DNA of 64,000 bases. Source: Mobula hypostoma (taxonomy: Eukaryota). Both the position numbers and the translations under genes were made by a program. Under the pieces are notes generated by a model, which searched no databases, was not told where the DNA came from, and worked only from the letters and a program-made list of their open reading frames with translations. Where the stretch lies: NCBI RefSeq assembly GCF_963921235.1, contig NC_086097.1, positions 96,412,001-96,476,000 of the forward strand, read 5' to 3'. Shown one piece after another: positions 12,780 through 26,449 of the stretch (positions are counted from its first letter, which is position 1; each line of letters starts with the position of its first letter).

Positions 12780-13438
12780 GGAGGGCGGACAAGATGGTGG
12801 CGCGACACAGCACGTGCGGCCGTTCCGAATGATATCGATTATGTGTTAACTAGGGGGCCGTGAACAATCCGGATTTGATGGAGACAGCTGTGAGAAGCAC
12901 GGAGGAACACCTGGAGTAACTCCTGAAATGCCTGCTTCACTGTCGCTGCTACTGTGCGATCGAGAATCTCTGGAGACGAAGGCCCCAAATCCTCGGTTTT
13001 GCCTATTGCCCGTTGCCGGGGCTGGGGTCAAAGCGCTCGGCAGATATGTTGCTCGGTGCTCAGTGTCGGAGAGCTGGTCAGAGGCTCATAGTTTTTGGAT
13101 TGACTCAGATTCAAACTCTGGTTGGATGCTTCCAGGATGCTGCATCGGCAAGTTGGCGGCGCTGTTGGTTTACTGTCTGCGTGAGATGATGGGACTTTCG
13201 AGAGACTTTGAGACTTTTACCGTGCCATGGTCTGTTATCATCAAATTACGGTATTGCTTTGCACTATTGTAACTATATGTTATAATTACGTGGTTTTTGT
13301 TAGTTTTTAAGTCGGTTTGTCATGTGTTTTCGTGATATCATTCTGGAAAAACATTATATCATTTCTTAATGCATGCACTACTAAACGACAATAAAAGAGG
13401 ACTACCTGTCCTCATAATCTAGTCTAATCTAATCTAAC
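12780..13438 (+). mobile_element. Non-coding retroposon (SINE-like or LINE-derived), family unassigned
   Basis: Starts near AAGATGGTGGCG; ends AATAAAA, GAGGAC..GTCCTC hairpin, (TCTAA)n tail; splits CR1 ORF1 at CTAA; homologous to 63495-64000. Confidence 0.75.
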
Positions 13439-13639
13439 TACAGAGTCCCCAAATACTGCTGCCATCCTCTTCAGTTTCCTGCCCTTGAGCCACAGGGCCG
13501 GACTCAGTACAGAGACATGACCACTGCTGCTTACCCCAGGTAGGTCATGACCTTGGAAGCAGTTATGATTTTTCAGCTGTATCAGGCTGAAAGGGGAATA
13601 TTTAATTGTATCCATTAAACTTCACTGCACGTGATTGCC

Positions 13640-13815
13640 TTCAAGGAAGTAGATCCAGAAAATGGGTACAATTAGAACATTTCAAAGAAATTTTAAATGG
13701 GAAAGGTTTAGATGGATGTGGGCAAAATAGAAGTACAGTAAAATGGAACTAGCTCAGGAAGACCTATTGATTGGTATGGGCTGAAGGATCTGTTTCCTTG
13801 TTGTATAACTGATTC
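13640..13815 (+). mobile_element. Old CR1 3' end fragment
   Basis: Degenerate CR1 tail TGGGCTGAAGGATCTGTTTCCTTGTTGTATAACT. Confidence 0.6.
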
Positions 13816-15203
13816 TAGAACTCTATTCATCTGGCATACTCTGAACTTTGGTTGTGCCAGACCAGCATATTATTCAAACCCTGATATATTTATTTTATTA
13901 GTAATCCAATAGACTTTTTGTTCATTTTTTAAAAAAGATTTTACATGGTAACATTTCAGTAAACCTAGTAATTTTTAAGGGAGCCCCAGAAACAGCATCA
14001 GGAAAGTTTCAAGTGAAGACAACTAACAGAACAGAGTGAGTTTTTTTTTTAAGTAAGCACTGGAACTGGTACCCTGGCAAGTGAACAGGGAATAGGGAAA
14101 CTGGGGCCCTGTGTTTGTAGATGCAAATCAAAAACTGGGGAGCAGAAGCTGGACCATTAAGATTTCCAAATGGTGGATAGCAGATTACTGCAATTTTACT
14201 TAAGCCCTCAATTGTCACAAATAGAACAGTAGCTTAGATACGATTTATCACATTGCTGTTTGTAAGTCCTTAACGTGTAAACATTATTGGTGATAGTTTT
14301 TCTACTAAATAATCAGATATTTTTCAGCTTTAGGAGGTAAGGAGGTGAAATTTTCTACATCAACACAAACATGTGGAATTAAGTACGAGTTACAACAAAA
14401 CCGCTAACAGAAACCAGCTGTATCTTGTGGAGCAAAGGAAATTGTCCTCCCACAATACATTTTGGATAATTTAAAGGCATGAACTGTTAAGACCTTTGAT
14501 ATGCATTAAGCTGACTTGTAGCATTTGGCTGATTTCATTTTTAAAGTATTTTTTGTGTAAATTATTTTATATTAAGGGAAAAACCTCATTTACTTTTTTT
14601 AAAAGCTTGACCAAAACGCCAAAAAATTCTGCTCAATTTTCTCACTGATTGTCATGAGCATTCACTGCAACGGAATTTACAATGAAATATAGGAAATTAC
14701 TCTATTATAAAATGATACAGAAATTTCAATTTTAACTGGAGAGATTAACAAAAGAAAGGATCTGTTTCCTCCTTCAGGACTCAAAATATGCAGACTCTGA
14801 TGGGAAGCATGAAAATACTGACCTCAGCATAGCAGTCATGTAAGCTGCATTTCAGATGTTAAATATTAATTGTGCACACACTAAAATACAGAATTTAATG
14901 AAGTTTCTTCATACGTATTGCATAGTTACTAGAAAACTCATTTGTCCTCAAATCTCTACTTGTGCCTGCCTTGAATGAAAGCCGATGGGTGAGGTAAATG
15001 CCTGAAAAGAATTACCCCTTAAATTACATGGTCAACAGAGGAGGTAGTTACTTCATCTCCCCACCCCCCCCCCCACCACTTCTTGGCACTACAAAACCCT
15101 TGGGTACACTCCATCAATTATCAGGCCTTTATTACCCAAGGTATGTTAAATGACCATTCTAGTCAATGAAACTATTAACATGAAAATATATGCGTATACC
15201 ATC

Positions 15204-17038
15204 ACAAACAAGAGAAAATCTGCAGATGCTGGAAATCCAAGCAACACACACAATTTGTGAGAGAAACTGAGCAGGCCAGGTAGCATCTACAGAAAGAGTA
15301 CAGTCGACGTTTTGGACCAAGACCCTTCAGCATGACTAGAGAAAAAAAGATGAGGAGTAGAGTTAAAAGGTGGGGGAGGGGAGGGAGAAACACAAGGTGA
15401 TAGCTGAAACCGGGAGGGGAGGGATGAAGTAAAGAGCTGGGAAGTTGTTGGTGAAAGAGATACAGAGCTGGAGAAGGGGGGAATCCAACAGGACAGAACA
15501 GAAGGTCACGGAACAAAGAAAAGGAGTAGAAGCACCAGAGGAAAGTGATGGGCAGGCAAGGAGCAAGGAGATAAGGTGAGAGAGGGTGGGGGGGGGTGGG
15601 CATTACTGGAAGTTTGAGAAATTGATGTTCATGCCATCAGCTTGGAGGCTACCCAGATGGAATACAAGGTGTTGCTCCTCCAACTCGAGTGTGACCTCAT
15701 CGCGACAGTAGAGGAGGCCATGGATGGACATGTCGAAATAAGAATAGGAAGTGGAGTTAAAGTGTGTGGCCACTGAGAGATCTCACTTTTTCTGGTGGAT
15801 AGAGTGCAGGTGCTTGGCGAAGCGGTCTCCCAATCTACGTCATGTTTCATCGATATACGAGAGACCACACCGGGAGCACTGGACACAGTATATGACCCCA
15901 ACAGTCTCACAGGTGGAGTGTTGCCTCACCTGGAAGGACTCTTTGAGGCCCTGAATGGTAGTGAGGGAGGATGTATAGGGGTAGGTGTAGCACTTGCTCC
16001 TCTTTCTTTACAGAAAAGCGCTTCCCTTCCTTCACCAACAACGCTGTCCTCAACTGCATCTATTCCTTTTCACACACGTCTGCTCTTACTCAATCCTCCT
16101 GCCACCCTACCAGGGATAGGGTTCCTCTTGTCTTCACCTACCACCCCACCAGCCTCCACGTCCTGTACGTAGTTCTCTGCAACTTCCACCATCTCCAACA
16201 GGATCCCACCACCAAGCACATCTTTCCCTCACCCCCACTTTCTGCAGGGATCGCTCCCTACGCAACTTCCTTGTCCATTCATCCCTCCCCACTGATCTCA
16301 CTCCTGGCACTTATCCTCGCAAACGGAACAAATGGTACACCTGTCCCTACACCTCCTCTGTCACTACCATTCATGGCCCCAAACAGTTCTTCCAGGTGTG
16401 GCAACGCTTCACCTGTAAGACAGTTGGGGTCATATACTGTGTCCAGTGCTCCCGGTGTGGTCTCTTGTATTATCAGTGAGACCCAATGTAGATTGGGAGA
16501 CTGCTTCAGCAAACGCCTGCACACCGTCCACCAGAATAAGCAGGATCTCCTAGTGGCCACCCTTTACTGTTGTGATGAGGCCACATTCAGGTTGGAGGAG
16601 CAACACCTTATATTCTGCCTGGGTAGCCTCCAGCCTGACAACATAAACATCAATTTTTTGAACTTCTGGTAATGCCCCCCTCCTTCACCATTCCCCATCC
16701 CCTTTTCCCTCTCTCACCTTATCTTCTTGCTTGCCCACCACCTCCCTTTGGCGCTCCTCCCTCTTTTCTTTCTTCCACGGCTTTCTGTCCTCTCCTATTA
16801 AATTTCCCCCTTTTCCAGCCCTGTACTCTTTCACCAATTAACTTCCCACCTCCTTACTTCACCCCTCCCTCTCCCAGTTTCACCTATCACCTTGTGTATC
16901 TCCCTCCTCTCCCTCCCACCTTTTAACTCTACTCCTCATTTTTTTTCTTCTCAGTCCTGCTGAAGGATCTCGGCCCAAAACGTCAACTTTTCCAAAGATG
17001 CTGCCTGGACTGCTGAGTTCCTCTAGAATTTTTGTGTT
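15204..17038 (-). mobile_element. Older Penelope-like element with inverted arms (junction ~16000)
   Basis: GIY-YIG remnants on both strands (LEEQHLIFCLGSLQPDNININF on +); degenerate hammerheads at ~15302-15337 and ~16953-16988; TSD-like GCGTATACCATC (15192-15203) / GCATACACCATC (17039-17050). Confidence 0.9.
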
Positions 17039-17998
17039 GCATACACCATCCTTGGACATATTCTGTTGGATTCAGTTATGACAAGTCATAGATCGTCATG
17101 TTGCCTGTTGCATGCATCACTCAGTACATATTTGCTTCTGTTTTGCAGCTTTGCCAGGCTACCATCTTAGGTTTAGGTATGGCTGGCATTAATCTTTGTT
17201 TGGCCTTTGACATTGCTTATTGAACTAGAACTGACGTCCTTGGTTGATGGTAAAAGTATTGCAAGGTCTTTTATTGTTTGGGTAGCAAGTTAAGACCATG
17301 TGTATCATGGATTGTCAGTTTTCAGCTCCTAGATATGTAATGAATCTACCCTATTTAGCATGATTGTTATACCACAAACATAATGAAAAGTGTTCCCAAT
17401 GTGACAATGGAGCTTTGTCTCTCAAGAAACTGACTGATGTTGATTTTGACTAGTACTACCATACACTGATTCACCTGCAACAGGTAGAAAGGAAAGGGCA
17501 TGGTCAAATGGGAATCTTTCTCACATTAGTTCACTCATAATTTGTTGCAAATTCTTTGGAGGCGTTGTCTTTCTGGACTTGACTGTCTTTGCTGAGTGGC
17601 CTAAGATTTCTTCTAAATATTGTTCAACATAGAGTTACTAATCCTTTTGCTGAGGAAGGATGGTAGGAGATAACCATCAGGAAATTCCTTTGACCATGAT
17701 TGACCTGACTCTAAGCAACTTCATGTGTGCCAAACTACATATAGCCAATGCAATATGTAGTGGATAAGTTTGTCTTTTGGGACAGAATATACATGTGTAT
17801 TGAATGATACAATCTAGGATCTTGTTGTGCTTTCAGAATCATATGTTGCAACTAATATCAAGCCACACTAGTCTGTGAAAGCTCTCCAGATTTAGGCATT
17901 ATTTCCCAGATGATTGTGAGCTGGGTGGAATGGCTAGTTTTATTCTTTAATGCACTATTTTTGAAACAGCAAATGGCTTTTTAGGCAACTTGAGAGGG

Positions 17999-18691
17999 TC
18001 ATCATCATCAGGTGCCATGCCCAGTTTGAGCTTTGACTGCCATGGCCCACACACTCCTGTTTCGGGTCAAGTGGATCAGTTTATTGGTATTCATTTCCAG
18101 TTCTCTGGCTGCTGTCTCCATCACCATTTGTCTTTGTCTTCCTCTTGCTTTCTTCCCTTCAATCTTTCCCATAATTACCGTGCATTCTAACTCCTCTTTC
18201 CTAATCACATGTCCAATGAAGTTACGTTGCCTTTTCATGATCTCATACATTATTTCTCTTTTTGTGTTTGCTCTGTTCATGACATCCTCGTTAGATATTT
18301 ATTTCGTCCATGATATTCTTTGCATCCTCCTCAAAAACCACATCTCTGCTGCTACAATTCGTTTCCTCATGTTACTAGGTATTGTCCAACATTCTGAGCC
18401 ATATAACATAACTGGATAAACTTAACATTTCAGTACTCTGAGGCTGGTTGTCATGCCTAGTTTAGTATTGGTCAGTAGACTCTTCATTCTCATAAAGGTG
18501 TTTTTCGCCATCCCTATTCTTCTTTTGATGTCCATGTCACACCTGCCATCTGATGTCACCCAGCTTCCTAAGTAGCAAAAGTTCTGTAATTGTTTTATGT
18601 CTTCCCCGTTTATTCCCAACTCTGAGGCGGGTTGTCATGCCTAGTTTAGTATTGGTCAGTATACTCTTCTTTCTCGTGAAGGTGTCTTTTG
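17999..18691 (-). mobile_element. RTE-clade LINE 3' fragment
   Basis: FCYLGS, DIKRRIGMAK, FIGHVIRKE, GKIEGKKARGRQR; (GAT)n tail; same family as 37110-38954. Confidence 0.93.
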
Positions 18692-19134
18692 GCTCAACAG
18701 GCGTCGGCATAAACAGGCAGAGGCGAGGGTAGGTTCCGAATTTCAGTCCTGGGTATGACTCCAAACTGCAACCAGTGATGAGGCTCTGACTGGGGACTTA
18801 GAGAGCTTTGGGGAAAGTGGAGTTATCTCTTAGTCATTCATTGCTCCCAGGGCCGCTCTGACCCGGAACGGTAGCACCTGCAAGGGTTCCTGCTGAGAGG
18901 GTAGACAGGATTTTGTCCAGTGAAATCCCTGTGGCCCTACTACATCTTGACATGAAAAATGTCAAAAAGTTAAAAAGCTGATAAATTCTTGGAACTGCCT
19001 CATGCCTCTGCATTACCAAAGCTTAGGACCACAAAAGTCAATGTTAAAGAATTTGCGGTATCTTCAGTCAGCAGTGCCAACTGGATGATTCATTCTGACT
19101 TCCTCCTGAAGCCCACCCATTACAAAAACTAGTA

Positions 19135-19946
19135 CCATAGATTCAGGTTAATTGGGACACATTTTGGCCCAATTGAGCAGCTGCCCCGATTAGCCGAAGT
19201 TTCATGGAAATAGTATAAAAAAATGACAAACTGTTTATCCAAGTACCAAATTATGTATTTAAATGAAATACAAAACAAATTAGAACACTATTAATACTAT
19301 TACAGTACTATAAGACTGTATTAGTTCCTAATAGTTACCCTTGTGGAATCTAAATCAGTGTAGGCCTCTGTGTTCTATTGATTGACTGTAAATGAACAAA
19401 ACCAGTGAAGACACCTAGTGCAGATGACTGCCTTCATACAATACTTTTGATGATTGCGTCCTCAAAATCTTCTTTTTCATTGTAACATTCAAGATGATTG
19501 TCAATACCTTCAAATTCTTTGTGGTTCCTAACTTGAAGTTGTGAAATTGTTTCACTTTCACTTCCAGTCATTTCTGGTATCTCCAAGCCTGGATGTTTGA
19601 AACCACAGTGAACAAAACAATTCTGAATTGCATTACTGCTTATTTCTTGCCAACTATCAGTGACAAAAATCACTGCTTTTTGAACACAAACGCACACAAC
19701 TAACATTACTTAAAAACTGTTCTCTTTAAGCACAGTATAATGTCTAACAGCTACACAAGGGCATGTGACTGATATTAGTTAGAAACTGTTCGGCAACAGT
19801 CTCCTATCCCAATTAAGAGGTATAGTGTCCCAAATAAATGAAAAGGAATCACAGCTATTTTCTTGATTAGTTTTTATTCTTTAAGAGTTGTCTCAAAAAA
19901 GCTGCTGCCCTGATTAAATAATGGCCAACTAAACTGGGATCCACAG
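19135..19946 (-). mobile_element. Tigger/pogo-derived non-autonomous DNA transposon, copy 1
   Basis: Degenerate TIRs; remnant DSWQEISSNAIQNCFVHCGF (Tigger C-terminal motif); colinear with 21533-22328. Confidence 0.85.
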
Positions 19947-20099
19947 TGTTCATACAATTTACCGCATTCTACATAACATGAAGAAAAATCTCACAGCAGT
20001 AGATACAGGAAAGATGATTGTATCCCTGAGGACTTGTACTCCAGAACCAGTTGCAACCCTATGCACTTGCATCTACTGTCCCTGCTTTGATAAAAGGAG

Positions 20100-23000
20100 A
20101 ATCAAGATACAATATCAACTAAGTGACACAGGTTTAAAGACTATGTAAATACAGAGGAATATGGGTATACATCTGTACAAATACTCAAGGCGCAGTATAG
20201 ATTGCAAGAGTATTTGGTAAAAGCACATTGTGTCCTGAGATTCATAAACAGAAGCACACAGCATAAAGTTAAATCTGTCCAAAATACAATTAGAATATTG
20301 AGTTCAACTCTTGGGTCTATTGCTTAGGAATAATATAAAAGTCAGAAATGGAAGGGACAGCTGAAAAGATTTACTAGCATGATTCTGAGGATAAGAAAAT
20401 TGATCCAAGAAGCTTAAATAAGGAGTACAAGACAAAGAGACTGGTTTAGATAGAGTAAAGGGAAGCTCATCCTATCAGTGGATAGTTCAGGGAACCAAAG
20501 ATATGGGTTTAAAATTATACTGTAGATAAAATGTTTATGTGGGATGTATAGAGAAACTATGCTTGTAACCTGGATTTAAATGCCTGTAACATTAGTGAAC
20601 TGTCAGAGTTTCACTGCAAAATTTGATTGTGACTAGCACTGATGAATCTGTGGAACAATTTGTACATTAGTTTCCTGCTGCTTATAAGTGCCATCAAAGA
20701 AGAATTGCAGAAAATAATTTGCAAGGTAGCATAGACTCAAAGAGCTGAAAAGACCTCCTTCCATACAGCAACAATTCCATACTTCCATGTAGAAAATGGT
20801 ACAAATATACCTGCCCAAAAGAGGCAAGGCAGTTTCCAGTCAAGCAGTTAAATCTTAACCATTAGCAAAGTGATGGAAGGTGATGGACATTATCATCATC
20901 AGGTAGCACTTACCCATTGACAATAATCAGTTTAGAATTCACCACAGCAGGACTAGATCAATCCATCTCTTGTCACTGCTGTACCATTCAAATAAGACTG
21001 AATTTTATGTATATTCATTTCTCATTCTTCTAAACTTGAGAGCATAAGTCCACCCTACTTCATCTTTCCCATACAACAGACCTGCCATCTTAGAAATTAA
21101 TCTGGTGAATTTGGCTAAACTCTACCATAATACATCCTTTCTAGGGTAGTGAGACCAGTTCTTTGCACAATTTTCCAGAAGTGGTCTCGTGAGAGAGTGA
21201 TATACTTACAGTAAAACATTTGTACTCAAACCCTCTTACAAAAAAGGTTAACAAACCAGTTTCCTTCCTAAATGTTGTGGCGGCATGTTAAATTACAGGA
21301 GTTAGAAAAAATATTCAGCTACCACTTTTCAATCTCTCATTTAAATAAATAACATTACTAGTTGATGATGTCACATTCCTCTACATTATATTTCATCAGC
21401 CACATTCTCACCCACTCACTGAGCCTTTATAAACCCAGCTACCCCTGCCCCAGATCTTCACCACAATTTTCTCACAACCCAATTTGCCATCCAATTTTTA
21501 GCTAATTCAACAGCAGATTTGGATATACTGTACAGTGGATTCCGGTTAATTGGGACACATTGGAACCGGTACATTTTGGCCCAATTAAATGGCTGTCCCA
21601 ATTAGCCAAAGTTTCATGGAAATAGTTAAAAAGGTATAAAAGGGTAACACAACAAATTATTTAAATGAAATACAGAACAAACTAGAACACTACAAATACG
21701 ACTACAGTGCTATAAAACTGTCTATTAGTTCCTAATAGTTATCAAGCGAAGAATTAACACGCTGTGGTGTTCTTTTGATTGACTGCAACACAGAACAAAA
21801 TCAGCGCTTATACCAAGTGCCTTCATACAATGCTTTTGATGACTGCATCCTCAAAGTCTTCATTTTGATTGTAACATTCAAGGTGAGTACAAATATCTTC
21901 AAATTCTTTGTAGTTCCTAACTTGAAGTAGTAAAATCATTTCATTTTCACTCCCGACCATTTCTGCCATCTCCAAGCCTGAATGCTCGAAACTGCAATGA
22001 GCAAAACAGTTCTGAATTGTCTTACTGCTTATTTCTCACCAACTATCAGTGCCAAAAATCACTGCTTTTTGAAGACAAACACACACAGTTGACGCTATTT
22101 AAAAACCATTCGCTCTAAGCACAGTGTAATGTCTAACAGCCACACAAGTGCACATGACTGATGCTAGTTAGAAACTGTTTGGAAACAGTCACTTGTCCCA
22201 ATGAAATGGCATAATGACCCAAAAAAGGGAATCCCAGCTATTTTCTCAATTAGTAGTTGTTCTTTAGGAGTTGTTCCAATAGGCAGTTGCCCCGATTAAC
22301 GAATAACCCAGTTAACTGGAATCTACTGCACTTACACATGGTCCCCTCATCCAAATCACTGGCATAGATGCTGACCAACTCAAGCTAAAAAGCTCTTATG
22401 TGTTACCTCATTGAACAACTTTTGAAGGTCCATTTATCTCTTTCTATTCTTATTAAGTATCCTGTTGTCATTTCTTTAATAATAGATTATTGTATTTTCC
22501 CTACCATTGAAATCAAGCAAATAGGTCTGGTGTTCCTTGTTTTCTCTTTATCTCCTTTATAATATATTTTCTGTCTACCAATCTTTGGAACCATTCTAAA
22601 ATCTGCGGAATTTTAGATGTACTGATTGCCAACTTCTATCTCCATTACCACATCTTTGTATGCAAGTCATTGGTCCTGACAATTAATTGGCACCAGTCAC
22701 ACTAATTTACCCCAAATTTATTTTTTATAAACTGAAGCCAATTTCAGTCAACTTTTCATTCACTCTAGGCCTAATGTTATCTAGAAAATTTTCTGCCTCT
22801 TTCTATAAAGTGAGACATAAAAATATTTCTCAGCCATTCTTTCACTTGCAAATATGCTTTCACCACATCTGCAATTTGTAAGGGACTCAGAGCAACTTTT
22901 ACTCATCCTTCCTCTTTAGATAACAGAAGAAGCCTTTTACACATTCCAGTCCTATTACTACTTTGGCCAACACACAGATGAAAGAGCAAAAGTCTAGACA

Positions 23001-23150
23001 ATAATTTAAACAGATATAAATGATAAACAAGGAGAAAATTCACCATTGGCTGGAGTCATATCCCATACATAGAAAGAAAAGTTGTGCTTGCTGGATTTCA
23101 ATCTGAGCCATGGACAAGAGATCCCCAAAGTAATGTCCTTGATCCAAACA
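20100..23150. mobile_element. Highly decayed CR1 relics on both strands around a Tigger MITE
   Basis: Only short recognisable CR1-like stretches; boundaries uncertain. Confidence 0.45.
21533..22328 (-). mobile_element. Tigger/pogo-derived non-autonomous DNA transposon, copy 2
   Basis: TA + CAGTGGATTCCGGTTAATTGG ... CCAGTTAACTGGAATCTACTG TIRs; homologous to copy 1. Confidence 0.9.
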
Positions 23151-24480
23151 TGATCAGATGTGTCATCATCTCTGCCACAATTATTCTAAACATGGTGGGT
23201 GACGCACCTGGTGGACTATTCTTCTCCCTATATATTCACAACTGTGTGGCCAGATTCTGCTCTAACTCCATCTACAAGTTCGCCAATGATGCCAACACAG
23301 TGGGCTGCATTTCAAATAATGATGATTTGTTGTGCAGTAAGGATATAGACAATTTAGTAACATGGTGTCATGACAACAACCTTTCTCTCAATATCAGAAA
23401 CAGAATAGACTCGGGTCATTAACTTCAGGAAGAGAGCGGTGTATATGCTCCCGTTTACATCATTGATGCTGAGGTTGAGAGGATTGAGAGCTTCAAGTTC
23501 CTATGAGTGATAATTACTAGTAGCGTGTACTAGTCTAACTATATAGACGCCAAGGTCAAGAAAGCTTCTATGTCAGGAGGCTGAAGAAATTCGGCATATT
23601 CCAACCAAACCTTACCAGTTTTGCATCGCAGAAAACATCCTTTCAGGATACGTAACAGCTTGGTCTGGCAACTGCACTGTACGTGACCACAAGAAACCAC
23701 AAGGAGTTGTAGAGACAGCTCATGGACTCTGAAAAACAGCCAGCATAATCAAAGATCCCACACACTGGACACTCTCCTCCCATTTTCATGAGCAGAAGAT
23801 ACAAAAACCTGAAAACACATACTACCAGGCTCAAGGACAGCTGCTTCTCTGCTGTTATAAGACTACTGAATAGTTCCCTAGTACAATCAGATGGACTCTT
23901 GACTACAAATTGACTCGTTGTTAACGTTGTTAACAACGGATGGTGCAATCCTGGTCATATTACGATCAAGGAACGTGTTTGTAGACTGGATATTGAACTT
24001 TTTGCTGTTGGATTCTGGCCATATTCCACCGAGATACAACACTGGGCGTCACGGGAGGTTGTTCCTGCCTGTGGCCATCGAACTTTGCAGCTCCTCCCGT
24101 GGAGGGTCACACACCCTGAGTCAGTAGGCTGGTCCTGGACTTATTTCCATCTGGCATAGTTTGCATATTGTTGTTTGATTGTTTGTGGTTTTTGTATTAC
24201 TATATTTATGCTCTATTCTTAGTTGGTGCGGCTGTAACGAAACCCAATTTCCCTCGGGATCAATAAAGTATATCTATCTATCTATCTATAATCAACCTCA
24301 TTATGATCTTGCACCTTATTGTTTACCTGCACTTTCTCTATAGATGTTACACTTCATTTTGCCTTCTGTTACTGTTATACCTTGTTCTATCCCAATACAT
24401 TATGTAATGATTTGATCTGTATGAATAGTATGCAAGACAAGCTTTTCATTGTATATCAGCACATGTGACAATAATAAACT
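23150..24480 (+). mobile_element. Rex/Babar-like LINE 3' part, decayed
   Basis: FSLYIHNC, YKFANDANTVG (YKFADDTTVVG), WCHDNNLSLN. Confidence 0.8.
23918..24288 (+). mobile_element. Nested LINE 3' end (Rex1-like) with (TATC)n tail
   Basis: TGRHGRLFLPVAIEL C-terminus; AATTTCCCTCGGGATCAATAAAG then TATCTATCTATC. Confidence 0.7.
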
Positions 24481-26413
24481 GATTACAAATCATCATTAAC
24501 CACCTTTCCATTGCAAGGTCAGATATGGAAATGCCAAATGACAAATCCATTCACAGCTTCTCAAATACTAGCTGCCTCATCTGCATGTATAACAATCGGG
24601 AATAATGAGATAGAGTTTATGCAGTTTATGACAGAAGGGAAAAAGCTGTTCCTGTGGACTGTAAACACTGCACTTTCCAGTGACGCTCTCTTCTTTGAAA
24701 TAACAAGACAGGTAGATTATGTATGGATTTTTAAAATACCTTTGATCAGGATGTAAAAGTCATGAATGAAGTCAGAAAACATGGTCAATAAGATGTTATA
24801 CATACTTTAGATGTGCAAAGGTCTGTGTTTACCACTCACAGGAACAATTTAGATTCAACTGAAACAATTGGATCAAACTACATCAGTGCAGTGTGTCTGC
24901 ACAAAGTGGAGTCGGAGAGTAGTACAGCATGAAAACAGGCCCTTTGGTCCAACTGGCCCATGCGAACCACAGCATCTAGACTGCTAGTCCCAGTTGCCCA
25001 CATTTGGCCCATAACCTTCCAAGCCCTCTCCCTCAAAGTAGCTACACAAATGCCAGAAGGTGAAACCTAACACCATGAATGGCTGTGATGCTTTAATACC
25101 AGATGAGCTCAACACCTTTTGTGCATACATTGAAAGGAAGAATAAAACTACATCTCTGCAGAATCTGGTGTCCCTGTGATCTCTGTCTTGGAGCTGGCGT
25201 CAGAACATCTTTCAAGGGGATGAACCCTTGCAAAGCATCAGGCCCTGGTAGGCACTGAAAAACTGTGCCAACCAACTGGCAGGAGTGTTCAAGGACATCT
25301 TCAATCTCTCACTACTGCAGTCAGAGGTTTCCACCTGCTTCAAAAGGGCAATAATCATATCAGTGCCCAAGAAGAGCACAGTGAGCGGCTTCAATGACTA
25401 TCACCTAGTTGCACTCAAATCTACCGTGATGAAGTGTTTTCAGATGCTGGCCATGGCCAAAATCAACTCTTGCCTAAGCAAGGGCCTGGATCCACTGCAA
25501 TTTGACTATCACCACAACAGGTCTACAGGGATACAATCATACCGGTCTTCTACTCGTTCTTGGATCACCCAGACAACATCAATATCTATGTCAGGCAGCT
25601 GTTTATTAATTACAGTTCAGCATTCAACACCATCATACTCTCAGTACTAAATCAACAAACTCCAAAATCTGGGTCTCTGTACCCCCTCTGCAACTGGGTC
25701 TTGGACTTCCTCATTAGGAAAATTGGAAATAATATCTCCTCCTCGCTGACAATCAATACTGGCACACCTCAAAGATGCGTGCCGAGCCCACTAGTCTACT
25801 CTCTCTATACCCACAATTGTGTTACTAGACACAGGTCAGATGCTCTATAAATTTGCTGAGGACACAACTATTGTTGGGGAATTTCAGATAGTGATGAAGA
25901 AGCATATAGCATTGAGATAGCGCAGCTTTTTAAGTGGTGTCACAACAACAACCCTGCACTCAACATCAGTAAAGACCAAGGAATTCATTGTGGACTTCAG
26001 GAAGGGGAAGTCGAGGGAATGCACACTAGTCATCAAGGAATCAGAACTGGAAAGGGTGAGCAGTTTCATATCCTTGGTGGGGGTAACATCTCTGAAGATC
26101 CATCCTGGGCCCGACATATTGAGGCAATTACAAAGAAAGCACAACAGCACCTGTATTTCATTTCAAGTCTGAGGAGATTTAGTATGTTACCAAAATCTAT
26201 CTCAAATTTCTGCAGATGTATCGTGGAGAGCATTCCAACTGGTTGTATCACTGTCTGGAGAGGCCACTGCACAGGATAGGAAAAAGCTGCAGAAAGATAC
26301 AAACTCATCTTCACAAGGCAAACACAAAATAATCTGCAGATGCTGGGGTCAAAGCAACAGTCACAACACGCTAGAGGAACTCAGCAGGTCGGGCATCATC
26401 TGTGGAAAAGATC

Positions 26414-26449
26414 GGTCGATGTTTCGGGCTGGAACCCTTCATCAGGACT
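26414..26449 (-). ncRNA. Minimal type-I hammerhead ribozyme motif
   Basis: Minus strand AGTC-CTGATGA-A-GGGT-TCCA-GCCC-GAAA-CA-TC-GACC. Confidence 0.78.

Larger units (their letters stand above)
9931..13555 (-). mobile_element. CR1 LINE (ORF1 esterase and ORF2 endonuclease region), interrupted by a hAT element and a non-coding retroposon
   Basis: Minus strand GDSVVR (SGNH esterase block I); homology to the CR1 at 30777-34191; sequence resumes across both inserts. Confidence 0.85.
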
